The notes under the pieces were generated by a model. That model was not told the origin of the DNA. It saw nothing but the letters and a program-made list of their open reading frames with translations, and searched no databases. Below are positions 20,464 to 28,026 of a stretch of 64,000 bases of DNA, piece by piece. Numbering within the stretch: position 1 is the first letter of the stretch; each line of letters begins with the position of its first letter. The position numbers and the translations under genes were made by a program. The stretch comes from Eubacteriales bacterium (lineage in GTDB: Bacteria; Bacillota; Clostridia; Oscillospirales; CAG-272), in assembly GCA_051867895.1 (NCBI GenBank), contig JBJDZH010000016.1, positions 26,367-90,366 of the forward strand, read 5' to 3'.

Positions 20464-20527
20464 GCGAAGCCGCCGTTTTTTCGTCCTTTTACAGGAGTAC
20501 CGAAAAAACGGCGGCGCTTTTTCTTTA
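20464..20527. terminator. long hairpin terminator after the sulfatase/anSME pair
   Basis: Perfect 15-bp arms gccgccgttttttcg (20469-20483) and cgaaaaaacggcggc (20501-20515), followed by a T-run. Confidence 0.6.
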
Positions 20528-20634
20528 TGCCGGGTGTCCATACGTGGCGGAGGACATCCCTTTTCACTGCATGTGCTGGCCTTTGGTATTTTGAGCTTCC
20601 TTAATCGGATAAACTGTGGATTGGAATTTCCGGA

Positions 20635-21225
20635 TTATTCTTTGCGGGTGATTGCTTCGAGACAATTTTTGGCCTGCTTATTTTCCAAGCACAGCAATAT
20701 GCAAATAAGGATGTCAAAAACAACAAAAGCAAGACAAACTATGACTTGACTGAAATACATACCCAATATCAAAGAGACAATGGGAATGATAATTGAGGCA
20801 TAAAAATATGTTGGAGAAAAATAAATCCAATAATAAGTTAAGAAATGTGCGCCAACAACGATGGCATACACCATAATCATCTTATCTGGAACCGCGTACA
20901 TTGCCCATAAAACAATGGGAAGGTACAATAGCTGATTGAGTGCCGCCACAATGGAGAGACTGCCAAGTGGATTTTCTTTGCTGAATATATGAACTTTTAT
21001 TATTTTTCCAAAAAACAATCCAAAGGGCATAAGGAATGCAGAGCAACACATAGCAATCATATTCTTTGTGGCAATATCAAAATCCGTGAGAAAAGCAATG
21101 AGCATAATTCCCCATAAAACAGAGGATGCCATAATGAACGGCAACCCTTTCTTTTGCTTCACTGCATATTCGATTTTCAATTCATTCAATACTTGATTTT
21201 TCGATTTATTATCAGGCATAACCAC
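20635..21225 (-). CDS. hypothetical polytopic membrane protein on an AT-rich islet (196 aa)
   Basis: About 5-6 hydrophobic helices. AGGAG lies upstream of a GTG start, with a TTGAAG-17-TAATAT promoter. Local GC is far below the flanks by eye. Confidence 0.5.
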   Translation of the reverse strand: MVMPDNKSKNQVLNELKIEYAVKQKKGLPFIMASSVLWGIMLIAFLTDFDIATKNMIAMCCSAFLMPFGLFFGKIIKVHIFSKENPLGSLSIVAALNQLLYLPIVLWAMYAVPDKMIMVYAIVVGAHFLTYYWIYFSPTYFYASIIIPIVSLILGMYFSQVIVCLAFVVFDILICILLCLENKQAKNCLEAITRKE

Positions 21226-21587
21226 CCACGTCTCCTATTAGCAAAATTCCAGTTTATCTTTGTATCGTATATTACAATAAATATCTGTTCGCTTCAATGA
21301 TTGGTGAAATCGACGGAGTTCATTCTCCAACTTCTTAAGTTCACTGGGACCGGAAGCCCTTCTTGTGCTGCCGCCTTTCTGTCTGCGGATCGCTACGCCG
21401 TCCTGCGCTTTCTTTGCGGGACGGCGCTTTTCATTGCGGGGAAGAGCGGAGCATTTCCGGGAAACGGGGAACACGAAAACCAGTGCTTTCTGTACGCCAG
21501 GCAGGGAGGGGAGGAAAGGACTGCCTGGGGGAGACACAGCCAGCGGCGCTTCACTCTGCCGCGGAAAACCGATTCTGGCTTCCACGC

Positions 21588-22199
21588 TCAGAATTTTGCG
21601 CGCAGCTCCACGACCTTGCCGATGATCTGGACGGGCAGCCGTGCGACGTCCTCACGGGTAAAAAACATCGGCTCATAGGCGGGATTGAGAGATATCAGAA
21701 AGAGTCCGTTTTCCGTAATGCGGATTTTTTTGCAGGTTGCCTCGTCGCCGTTTACGCGGACAATGGCGATATCGTCGGATTCGATCGTGTCCTGCAGCCG
21801 GACGATGACAACGTCGCCGGATCGCATGCGCGGCTCCATGCTGTCTCCCTTCAGACGCAGGGCAATATACTGCGCGCTGCGCGCCAGCTGGGCGGGGATC
21901 TCCTCCCAGTCGTCCGGATCCTCCGAATCGTAGTTTTCGACCGCTTCGATCGGGATACCGGCGGCGACACTTCCGAATACGGGAATCCGGACGCCGTGCG
22001 GCATCTCTGTTTGCTCCTCCCCGAGAAGCTCGGAGACTGTCGTATGGAGTGCGGCGGCAAGACGGCGGAGCATATTCAGATCCGGACGGCTCTTTCCGCT
22101 TTCCCACATGGCGACGGTGGAGCGGCTGACGCCGAGAATATCTGCAAGCTGCTGCTGGCTGTAGCCGAGCCTGCTGCGCGCTTGTCTGTATGTCAACAT
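21588..22199 (-). CDS. phage CI/LexA-like repressor (XRE HTH + S24 peptidase domain)
   Basis: N-terminal HTH LGYSQQQLADILGVSRSTVAMWESG and a C-terminal S24 domain with GDSMEP and a downstream Lys (ATCKKI). Confidence 0.85.
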   Translation of the reverse strand: MLTYRQARSRLGYSQQQLADILGVSRSTVAMWESGKSRPDLNMLRRLAAALHTTVSELLGEEQTEMPHGVRIPVFGSVAAGIPIEAVENYDSEDPDDWEEIPAQLARSAQYIALRLKGDSMEPRMRSGDVVIVRLQDTIESDDIAIVRVNGDEATCKKIRITENGLFLISLNPAYEPMFFTREDVARLPVQIIGKVVELRAKF

Positions 22200-22226
22200 A
22201 GATGCACCTCTTTATGGGATATACAT

Positions 22227-22336
22227 ATTATAACGTCAAATCCATTGACAGTCAAGAGGCGGAGAAAATTTCTTGATGTCATAGGTGTTGACAAATTGGA
22301 ACATTTGTGCTATTATTGTGTCAACATTATTGACAC
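22227..22336. promoter_or_regulatory. divergent promoter/operator switch of the prophage remnant
   Basis: Minus strand: TTGACT (22250-22255)-17-TATAAT (22227-22232), with the site GTCAA-N5-TTGAC (22235-22249) inside the spacer. Plus strand: TTGACA (22288-22293)-17-TATTAT (22311-22316), followed by gtGTCAAcattaTTGACac (22318-22336). Confidence 0.55.
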
Positions 22337-22628
22337 ATCGGAGGGGGGAATGATATGACATAATGAATTCATGTCAGAAATGCTGACGAAAGCACAGAGC
22401 ATTTCCGGACATACGCGACTGCGAATCTCGCGGATGGAAAAACACAGCCTGCTGTGATGGAAAAAGGAGAAAAGGAGAAGAGAAGGAGCGGAGGAAGGCT
22501 GTGCTGCCGCGCACGGTGTGGGTTGGCCATCGGTACGCAGCGGCGCACTCCGCCTCAGCGGGGAAAAAGGAGAATGCTGAAAAGCAGTGCAGGAGAAATC
22601 ATCATTTGTATTATGAAGGAGGAAGAAG

Positions 22629-22967
22629 ATGCTGGAGCTTAACGGAAACAATATCTGCCTGACGCGCGGGGACAGCGCTTATCTGACAGTGCAGCTTGTG
22701 CGAAGCGTGCCGGGCGAGCCGGTTGTGGGATACGACATGAAAGCGGGTGACAGTCTGAAGCTCACGGTGAAAAGAAACGCCCGTGCAGACGCAGCCATTC
22801 AGAAGGTTCTGCGCGGAACGCAGTGCTTTCATCTAATCCCATCCGATACGGCGGAGCTGCCGTTCGGCTGCTATCATTACGACGTGCAGCTTACAACGGA
22901 GAACGGAGACATATTTACGGTGATTGCGAACGGTGGGTTTACGATCACAGACGGGGTGACGGTATGA
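22629..22967 (+). CDS. phage structural (tail/baseplate-associated) hypothetical protein, 112 aa
   Basis: GAAGGAGG RBS and an ATGA overlap with the next gene. It sits immediately upstream of the tail-fibre gene. No family was recognised. Confidence 0.5.
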   Translation: MLELNGNNICLTRGDSAYLTVQLVRSVPGEPVVGYDMKAGDSLKLTVKRNARADAAIQKVLRGTQCFHLIPSDTAELPFGCYHYDVQLTTENGDIFTVIANGGFTITDGVTV

Positions 22968-23863
22968 AAGAAACAGGAACGATTCGCGCAACGCTTTGTC
23001 CGGAGGGGACACTACGCGGCGCTATCGCTGTGCCGCGCATGGTTTCGGCGGATGACGCCGTCCTGTACACGGCGCAGTCGCTGACGGACGCGCAGAAGGC
23101 GCAGGCGCGCGCGAACATCGGAGCGGGAACGCCGTACACACTGCCGGAAGCGTCGCCGGACGCGCTCGGCGGAATCAAGGCGGACGCGACGGAGGAGACG
23201 GACACGCAGCCGGTGCGCATCGGCGAGGACGGGAAGCTGTACACCGCACCGGGCGGCGGTGCAGACATTTCGCTTGGCATCAGCGGCGCATCTTCCGGGC
23301 AGGTGGCGAAAATCAAAGCGGTGGACGAATCCGGCGCGCCGACGGCGTGGGAAGCGGGAGATGCGTCGAGCGGAGGAAGCGAATGGAGATTGATTCACGA
23401 TGTTACGATCGAGGAAGATGTGACATCCGTATATATATCCGATGACGAAGATGGAAATCCGTTCAGTCTGAAAAAAATCGCATGCGTTATATATTCCGAT
23501 GGCGGCACAGGAATGACATCAACCGCCTATATGAAATGTGCGTTCAACACAAGCAGTATGACGGAGAACCGATTCCTTGATATCAAGGATGTATTCAAAC
23601 CGTACGGAAGTCACTGTGCACTCATTTTCGTAACAAATTTCGATGGTCCGTTTGTGTATACGGAATATATTAAGTACGCCGATAACGTGAAACCGTTTGA
23701 CGATGCGGGAAATCCGGTGTTTAATTACCAATCCGGTAGTACTACTGGATTAGTAAACGCAGTTGCTCCCGCTGAGAGGCTTACATCGCTGCTGATATAC
23801 AACGATAGCAGTGCGACATTCAGAGCAGGAAGCAGGATTCAGCTTTATGGGGTGAAGGCATGA
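22964..23863 (+). CDS. phage tail-fibre-like protein (299 aa)
   Basis: SLTDAQKAQARANIGAG and ALGGIKA motifs recur in tail-fibre N-termini. The C-terminal half has markedly lower GC. Confidence 0.65.
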   Translation: MKETGTIRATLCPEGTLRGAIAVPRMVSADDAVLYTAQSLTDAQKAQARANIGAGTPYTLPEASPDALGGIKADATEETDTQPVRIGEDGKLYTAPGGGADISLGISGASSGQVAKIKAVDESGAPTAWEAGDASSGGSEWRLIHDVTIEEDVTSVYISDDEDGNPFSLKKIACVIYSDGGTGMTSTAYMKCAFNTSSMTENRFLDIKDVFKPYGSHCALIFVTNFDGPFVYTEYIKYADNVKPFDDAGNPVFNYQSGSTTGLVNAVAPAERLTSLLIYNDSSATFRAGSRIQLYGVKA

Positions 23864-24390
23864 AAAAGTACATAAACGGAAAAATCGTTGAAATGTCCGA
23901 CGAAGAACTCGACGCCATGCAGGAACAAGCCGCGCGTGCCGAAGCGGAGGAGAAAAATCGTCCTATGACCGAAAACGAAGTGACTCGTCTTTTTATCGAG
24001 GAACAAATTAATAAATTAGTAGTTGACGATGTTACTGCATATCGTATGAGAGATTTTTACCCGGAGTGGGAAGACGTTATCGGAAAAACGGTGGATGAAG
24101 GATACAAGTTTAACTATAACGGACTTCTATACAAAACAATTCCAACCACTCACACGTTCGCAGCAGAGTGGATTCCTGGATCTGGTACGGAATCGCTGTA
24201 CACGCGTATTGACGAAACTCACGATGGGACTAAGTACGACCCGATCTCATATGACGGCAACATGGCTCTGGAAAGCGGCAAGTACTACGTGCAGGACGGC
24301 GTGACGTACCTCTGCACGCGGGATACCGGGAATCCGGTGTACAATGCGCTCAACGAATTGTGCGGAATTTACGTGGAGGCGGCGGAATGA
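23860..24390 (+). CDS. phage hypothetical protein, possible carbohydrate-binding C-terminus (176 aa)
   Basis: Coupled by ATGA overlaps on both sides. The aromatic-rich YKFNYNGLLYK...GKYYVQDGVTYLC segment resembles CBM5/12-like repeats, a weak motif-level call. Confidence 0.5.
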   Translation: MKKYINGKIVEMSDEELDAMQEQAARAEAEEKNRPMTENEVTRLFIEEQINKLVVDDVTAYRMRDFYPEWEDVIGKTVDEGYKFNYNGLLYKTIPTTHTFAAEWIPGSGTESLYTRIDETHDGTKYDPISYDGNMALESGKYYVQDGVTYLCTRDTGNPVYNALNELCGIYVEAAE

Positions 24391-24743
24391 CGGATATTAC
24401 TGAGATTCTGCGGATCGTATGGGAAGTGCTCGCAGCAATCGTATCGATCGTTCTGATACCGTTTTTGCGCTCCAAGCTGTCGGAAACGAAGCGGAAGGAG
24501 ATCACGGCATGGGTCAGCCTTGCCGTGCAGGCGGCGGAGGAGGCGGAAAGAGCGGGACTGATAGACAAAAAAGCAAAATATCAGTACGCGCTTACCGTTC
24601 TCCGGAAGCGGGGCGTGACCTTTGACGCGGATACCGTGCAGGCGATGATTGATTCCGCCTGCTGGGAACTGTTCAACTGCTTCAAAGAAACGGAAGCGGA
24701 GGAGCCCGCAGCGTCCCTGTCCAGTCCTTCCAACGGGAATTGA
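24387..24743 (+). CDS. holin, LL-H (Phage_holin_6-like) type, 118 aa
   Basis: A single N-terminal TM (ILRIVWEVLAAIVSIVLIPFL) is followed by the helical KRKEITAWVSLAVQAAEEAERAG...KYQYAL...KRG pattern recalled for LL-H holins. It occupies the terminal position after the tail-fibre genes. Confidence 0.6.
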   Translation: MTDITEILRIVWEVLAAIVSIVLIPFLRSKLSETKRKEITAWVSLAVQAAEEAERAGLIDKKAKYQYALTVLRKRGVTFDADTVQAMIDSACWELFNCFKETEAEEPAASLSSPSNGN

Positions 24744-24796
24744 CGCGGACCGATGAGTCCTGCTGCCTGCTGAGGAGACGGCAGGTGTCAAACAGA

Positions 24797-24836
24797 CAAG
24801 CATCCGTATGCCCTTTTGCATACGGATGCTTGTTTT
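24797..24836. terminator. strong hairpin terminator ending the tail-fibre/holin operon
   Basis: Perfect 15-bp arms caagcatccgtatgc/gcatacggatgcttg followed by TTTT. It is convergent with the GyrI-like gene. Confidence 0.7.
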
Positions 24837-24885
24837 GCCTTGCGTATTTCCTTACGAACGGCTTATGCAGAAAGTTTTCGTCCTG

Positions 24886-25371
24886 TTACCGCTCCTCGAT
24901 CGGAACGTACAGATCCTCGATCGAGATGCCCTGCGGTATCAGTCTCCCGGGGGATACAATATGAAACATGGGATAGCGCTCCGGCTTATTCACTGCATTG
25001 ACGTACAGACGGAATCTGCCGCTGCTCTCCGCCCACCGGATCAGCTCCTCGCGCGTTTTCATCCAATCCTCAGCCCGGTCAAGATCCGCATCCAGACAGG
25101 AGGCGACGGCGAACAGTCCGTGCGGGAGATCGACAATCTCGTATTCCCGGACTGCCGACAGATCCGCTCCGTAGGGAAGCGCATAAAACCACTCCTGTGC
25201 GCCGAGCCGTTCGTTATACCACATAAAGTCGCGCGGATACAATTCGCAGGGCAGGGACGCATGGTATTGACTGAACCAGTCGTTGAACTGCATGAATTTT
25301 TCCATGTCCGTCAACGGACCGGAGCAGACTGCCTTCATGTTCGGGATCTCGATGACTCTTATGTGCTGCAT
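24886..25371 (-). CDS. GyrI-like / AraC-effector-binding-domain small protein (start trimmed to MQHIRVIE)
   Basis: 161 aa. The pattern IEIPNMKAV...WF...LPHGLFAV is typical of stand-alone GyrI-like ligand-binding proteins. Confidence 0.6.
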   Translation of the reverse strand: MQHIRVIEIPNMKAVCSGPLTDMEKFMQFNDWFSQYHASLPCELYPRDFMWYNERLGAQEWFYALPYGADLSAVREYEIVDLPHGLFAVASCLDADLDRAEDWMKTREELIRWAESSGRFRLYVNAVNKPERYPMFHIVSPGRLIPQGISIEDLYVPIEER

Positions 25372-25827
25372 TGTGCTTTCCTTTCCGGACGGATTCTTCT
25401 CCGAGCTTTCCGTCTCCAGTATATCACATGGCATTGGAGCTGTCAATAGGACGGTACGTCACGGCGTTTCCGCTGGATGCGGATCACCAGCCGCCGGATG
25501 GAGCAGGTATGGTACGGCAAACGGAATAGAATTCCGCATCAGATTGCTGCGGCATGGTTGCAATTGCTGTGGGATTATGCTACAATGGAGCCGCGAAGAA
25601 TTCAGCCGGTGCAGGATAGGAGCCTTTTTGGGTAGGACGTGCGCATTCTGCGAATCACTGCCGCCGGAGCATACCGGAGAAGGAGGGCAGCGGCGGGAAG
25701 ACACCGGTGAATGCTGCGTGCGCAAGGGCTTTCCAGACGCTTTTTGCCTGCATGGCTGACCACCATAACAAAAAATTACGCCGCAGACGGATCCTGAGGA
25801 ATACCGGAGCGGCGGGGAGGTATGAGT

Positions 25828-26910
25828 ATGGAACAAAACGGACTGTATGGACTCGGCACGGGAATGGAGAATCTTTCTCTTCTGTCGGACGAACGAACCC
25901 GCTCGATCAGTGCGGAAAACCCCGACGGAGCGAAGGGAAAGGGCGGCATGGCAACGGAGGGAACGGGCGCTGGCTGCGCGCGGGATCTCGGTCAGGGCTG
26001 GAAGGTTTCGCCTTCCGTCCACATCGAAGGACACACGACCTACACCATGGCGGAGATCGAGGGTCCGGGCTGCATCCGCCATATCTGGATGACGCTGACG
26101 GTGCCGGGGCGCTCCATGATTCTGCGGATCTACTGGGACGACAGCGAAACGCCCGCGGTGGAGTGCCCTGCCGGCGATTTCTTTGCGAACGCGTATCTGC
26201 CCGCATTCCGGCAGTTCAGCTCTCTCGCCGTCTGCGTGAACCCGAGAAACGGTCTGAACTGCTACTGGCAGATGCCGTTCCGGAAAAAGTGCCGCATCAC
26301 GATGGAGAACATCAGCGACGCGCGTGCGGTGCTGTACTATCAGGTCGATTATGCGCTGCGTGAGGTGCCTGAGCGCTGCGGCTATTTCCACGCGCAGTTC
26401 CGGCGCAGCAATCCGCTTCCGTACAAATCCGTGCATACGATTCTGGACGGGATCGAAGGGCAGGGACAGTACGTCGGAACCTATATGGCGTGGGGCGTCA
26501 ACAATAACGGTTGGTGGGGCGAAGGGGAAATCAAATTCTATATGGACGGCGACGAGGAATTTCCCACCATCTGCGGCACCGGCACAGAGGATTATTTCTG
26601 CGGCGCGTACAATTTCGACAACAATCATGCGTACGAGCAGTTCTGTACGCCCTATTCCGGCATGATCCCGTATGCACCGGACGGACTTTACAACGCGCAG
26701 CAGCGGTTTTCCTTGTACAGATGGCATATCGTCGATCCGATCCGCTTTGCGCACGATCTACGCGTGACCATGCAGGCGCTTGGCTGGCGCTCCGGCGGCC
26801 GCTATCTGCCGCTTCAGGATGATATTTCCTCCGTCGCCTATTTCTATCTGGACCGGCCTGCCGCAGCACTGCCGGCGCTGCCGGACCGGGATATGCTGGA
26901 GATCATCTGA
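25828..26910 (+). CDS. DUF2961 / GH172-family glycoside hydrolase-like protein
   Basis: ISAENPDG...GPGCIRHIWMT...LRIYWDDSETPAVECPAGDFF...NCYWQMPFRK...WWGEGEIKFYMDGD..FPTICGTGTEDYF motif series. GGAGG lies 7 nt upstream of the ATG at 25828. Confidence 0.8.
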   Translation: MEQNGLYGLGTGMENLSLLSDERTRSISAENPDGAKGKGGMATEGTGAGCARDLGQGWKVSPSVHIEGHTTYTMAEIEGPGCIRHIWMTLTVPGRSMILRIYWDDSETPAVECPAGDFFANAYLPAFRQFSSLAVCVNPRNGLNCYWQMPFRKKCRITMENISDARAVLYYQVDYALREVPERCGYFHAQFRRSNPLPYKSVHTILDGIEGQGQYVGTYMAWGVNNNGWWGEGEIKFYMDGDEEFPTICGTGTEDYFCGAYNFDNNHAYEQFCTPYSGMIPYAPDGLYNAQQRFSLYRWHIVDPIRFAHDLRVTMQALGWRSGGRYLPLQDDISSVAYFYLDRPAAALPALPDRDMLEII

Positions 26911-27033
26911 GACGTCTTTCCGGCGGGATGGAAGTTTGTCACGCACCTCATCCAATATAGTTTTGATACGCAAAAGCAGGGATACCATGCGGTATCCCTG
27001 CTTGTTGGTTCGATGGGGTGAGGCAGCAGCCGT

Positions 27034-28026
27034 TCACCGCTCCTCGCGGAAATATGAGAGGCCGAGCGCGGCAGGCGGCTGATTCTCGCGCTTTTTGCGC
27101 ATGCTGGTTGCGATCAGCACAAGAATGGTGACCAGGTACGGCGTCATCCGCATCAGATCCTGCGGCACATGGATGCCGAGGATGGCGGGAAGATACTGAT
27201 AGAGCCAGTAGAGGAGACCGAACACATAGGAGCCCCAGATAGCATTCAGCGGCTTCCAGGTGGTGAAAATCACCAGTGCGACTGCCAGCCAGCCGAGGTT
27301 TTCGATATTACCTGTCGTCGCCCAGATTCCTTTGTTGTAGTCAAGTACGTAGTACAGTCCTCCGATGCCGGAAATACCCGCGCCGATGCAGGTGGCGAGG
27401 TATTTGTAGCGGGTTACGTTGACGCCGGCGGCATCCGCTGTCGCTGGATTTTCGCCGATGGCACGGAGATTCAGTCCGGTTCTCGTCCGGTTCAGAAAGA
27501 AATGCAGCACGACTGCCAAAAGAATGGCGGCATAGGCGAGAAAGCCGTAGGAGAAGAACAGATCGCCGACCACAGGGATTTCGGAGAGAACAGGGATCTT
27601 TCTGGAAAACGCAGTGAATGCAAACTCAGCTTTGACGGAAACGGAGCCGCTCAGAACAAATACGCCGAAGAAGTTGGCGATTCCCATGCCGAAAGTCGTC
27701 AGGGCAAGACCGGTGACGTTCTGGTTGGCGCGCAGGGTGATCGTCAGAAAGCTGAAGATCAGCCCGCCGAACATGGCGGCGGCGAAGGCGCACACCAGTG
27801 CGATCAGAATACAGAGCAGCTCGCTTGGATTTTCGGTGAGCGTGCTGTAGTAGTAGGCGCTTGCGAAGCCGCCGAAGGCGCCGAGATACATGATACCGGG
27901 AACGCCGAGGTTCAGATTTCCGGATTTTTCCGTAACGGTTTCGCCGAGAGAGCCGTACATGATGATGGTGCCGAACATGACGGTGCGCGAGATCCACGCG
28001 ATAATGCTGCTCAGAACGATGCTCAT
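27034..28026 (-). CDS. ABC importer permease (BMP/nucleoside-type, second permease)
   Basis: 330-aa polytopic protein that overlaps the preceding permease by 4 nt. Confidence 0.85.
   Translation of the reverse strand: MSIVLSSIIAWISRTVMFGTIIMYGSLGETVTEKSGNLNLGVPGIMYLGAFGGFASAYYYSTLTENPSELLCILIALVCAFAAAMFGGLIFSFLTITLRANQNVTGLALTTFGMGIANFFGVFVLSGSVSVKAEFAFTAFSRKIPVLSEIPVVGDLFFSYGFLAYAAILLAVVLHFFLNRTRTGLNLRAIGENPATADAAGVNVTRYKYLATCIGAGISGIGGLYYVLDYNKGIWATTGNIENLGWLAVALVIFTTWKPLNAIWGSYVFGLLYWLYQYLPAILGIHVPQDLMRMTPYLVTILVLIATSMRKKRENQPPAALGLSYFREER

Larger units (their letters stand above)
21588..24836. mobile_element. heavily deleted prophage remnant: repressor, switch, distal tail genes and holin only
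   Basis: The segment carries a CI/LexA-like repressor, a divergent promoter/operator region, three tail-end ORFs coupled by ATGA overlaps, an LL-H-like holin and a strong terminator. No integrase, cro, replication, capsid, terminase or lysin genes are present. Confidence 0.55.

Noticed and set aside
21238-21585. A 115-aa minus-strand ORF, and hairpins in the 360-bp gap between the repressor and the AT-rich gene.
   Set aside because: There is no RBS and the sequence is low-complexity and P/R-rich. The GC-rich stems (ccaggcag...ctgcctgg and cgccgtcc...ggacggcg) lack U-runs and I could not assign a function. It is probably a decayed junction.
22454-22642. A 62-aa ORF between the phage switch and the first tail gene, considered as a possible cro-like gene.
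   Set aside because: The product is arginine/cysteine-rich with no HTH pattern, no RBS at the right distance, and it overlaps the RBS and start of the next gene. It is more likely non-coding leader.
17384-24900. tRNA-Val as the attachment site of an integrated element, with a direct repeat of the tRNA 3' end at the far boundary.
   Set aside because: I found no copy of the tRNA 3' segment (ggttcgatcccagttgtctcc) near 20.5 kb, 21.3 kb or 24.8 kb. There is no integrase gene. The island idea is kept only as a weak contextual note.
25459-26754. A 431-aa minus-strand ORF (and the 158-aa ORF at 25283-25759).
   Set aside because: It is antisense to the DUF2961/GH172-like gene, which shows a long series of family motifs. 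The product is arginine/proline-rich nonsense with no RBS.
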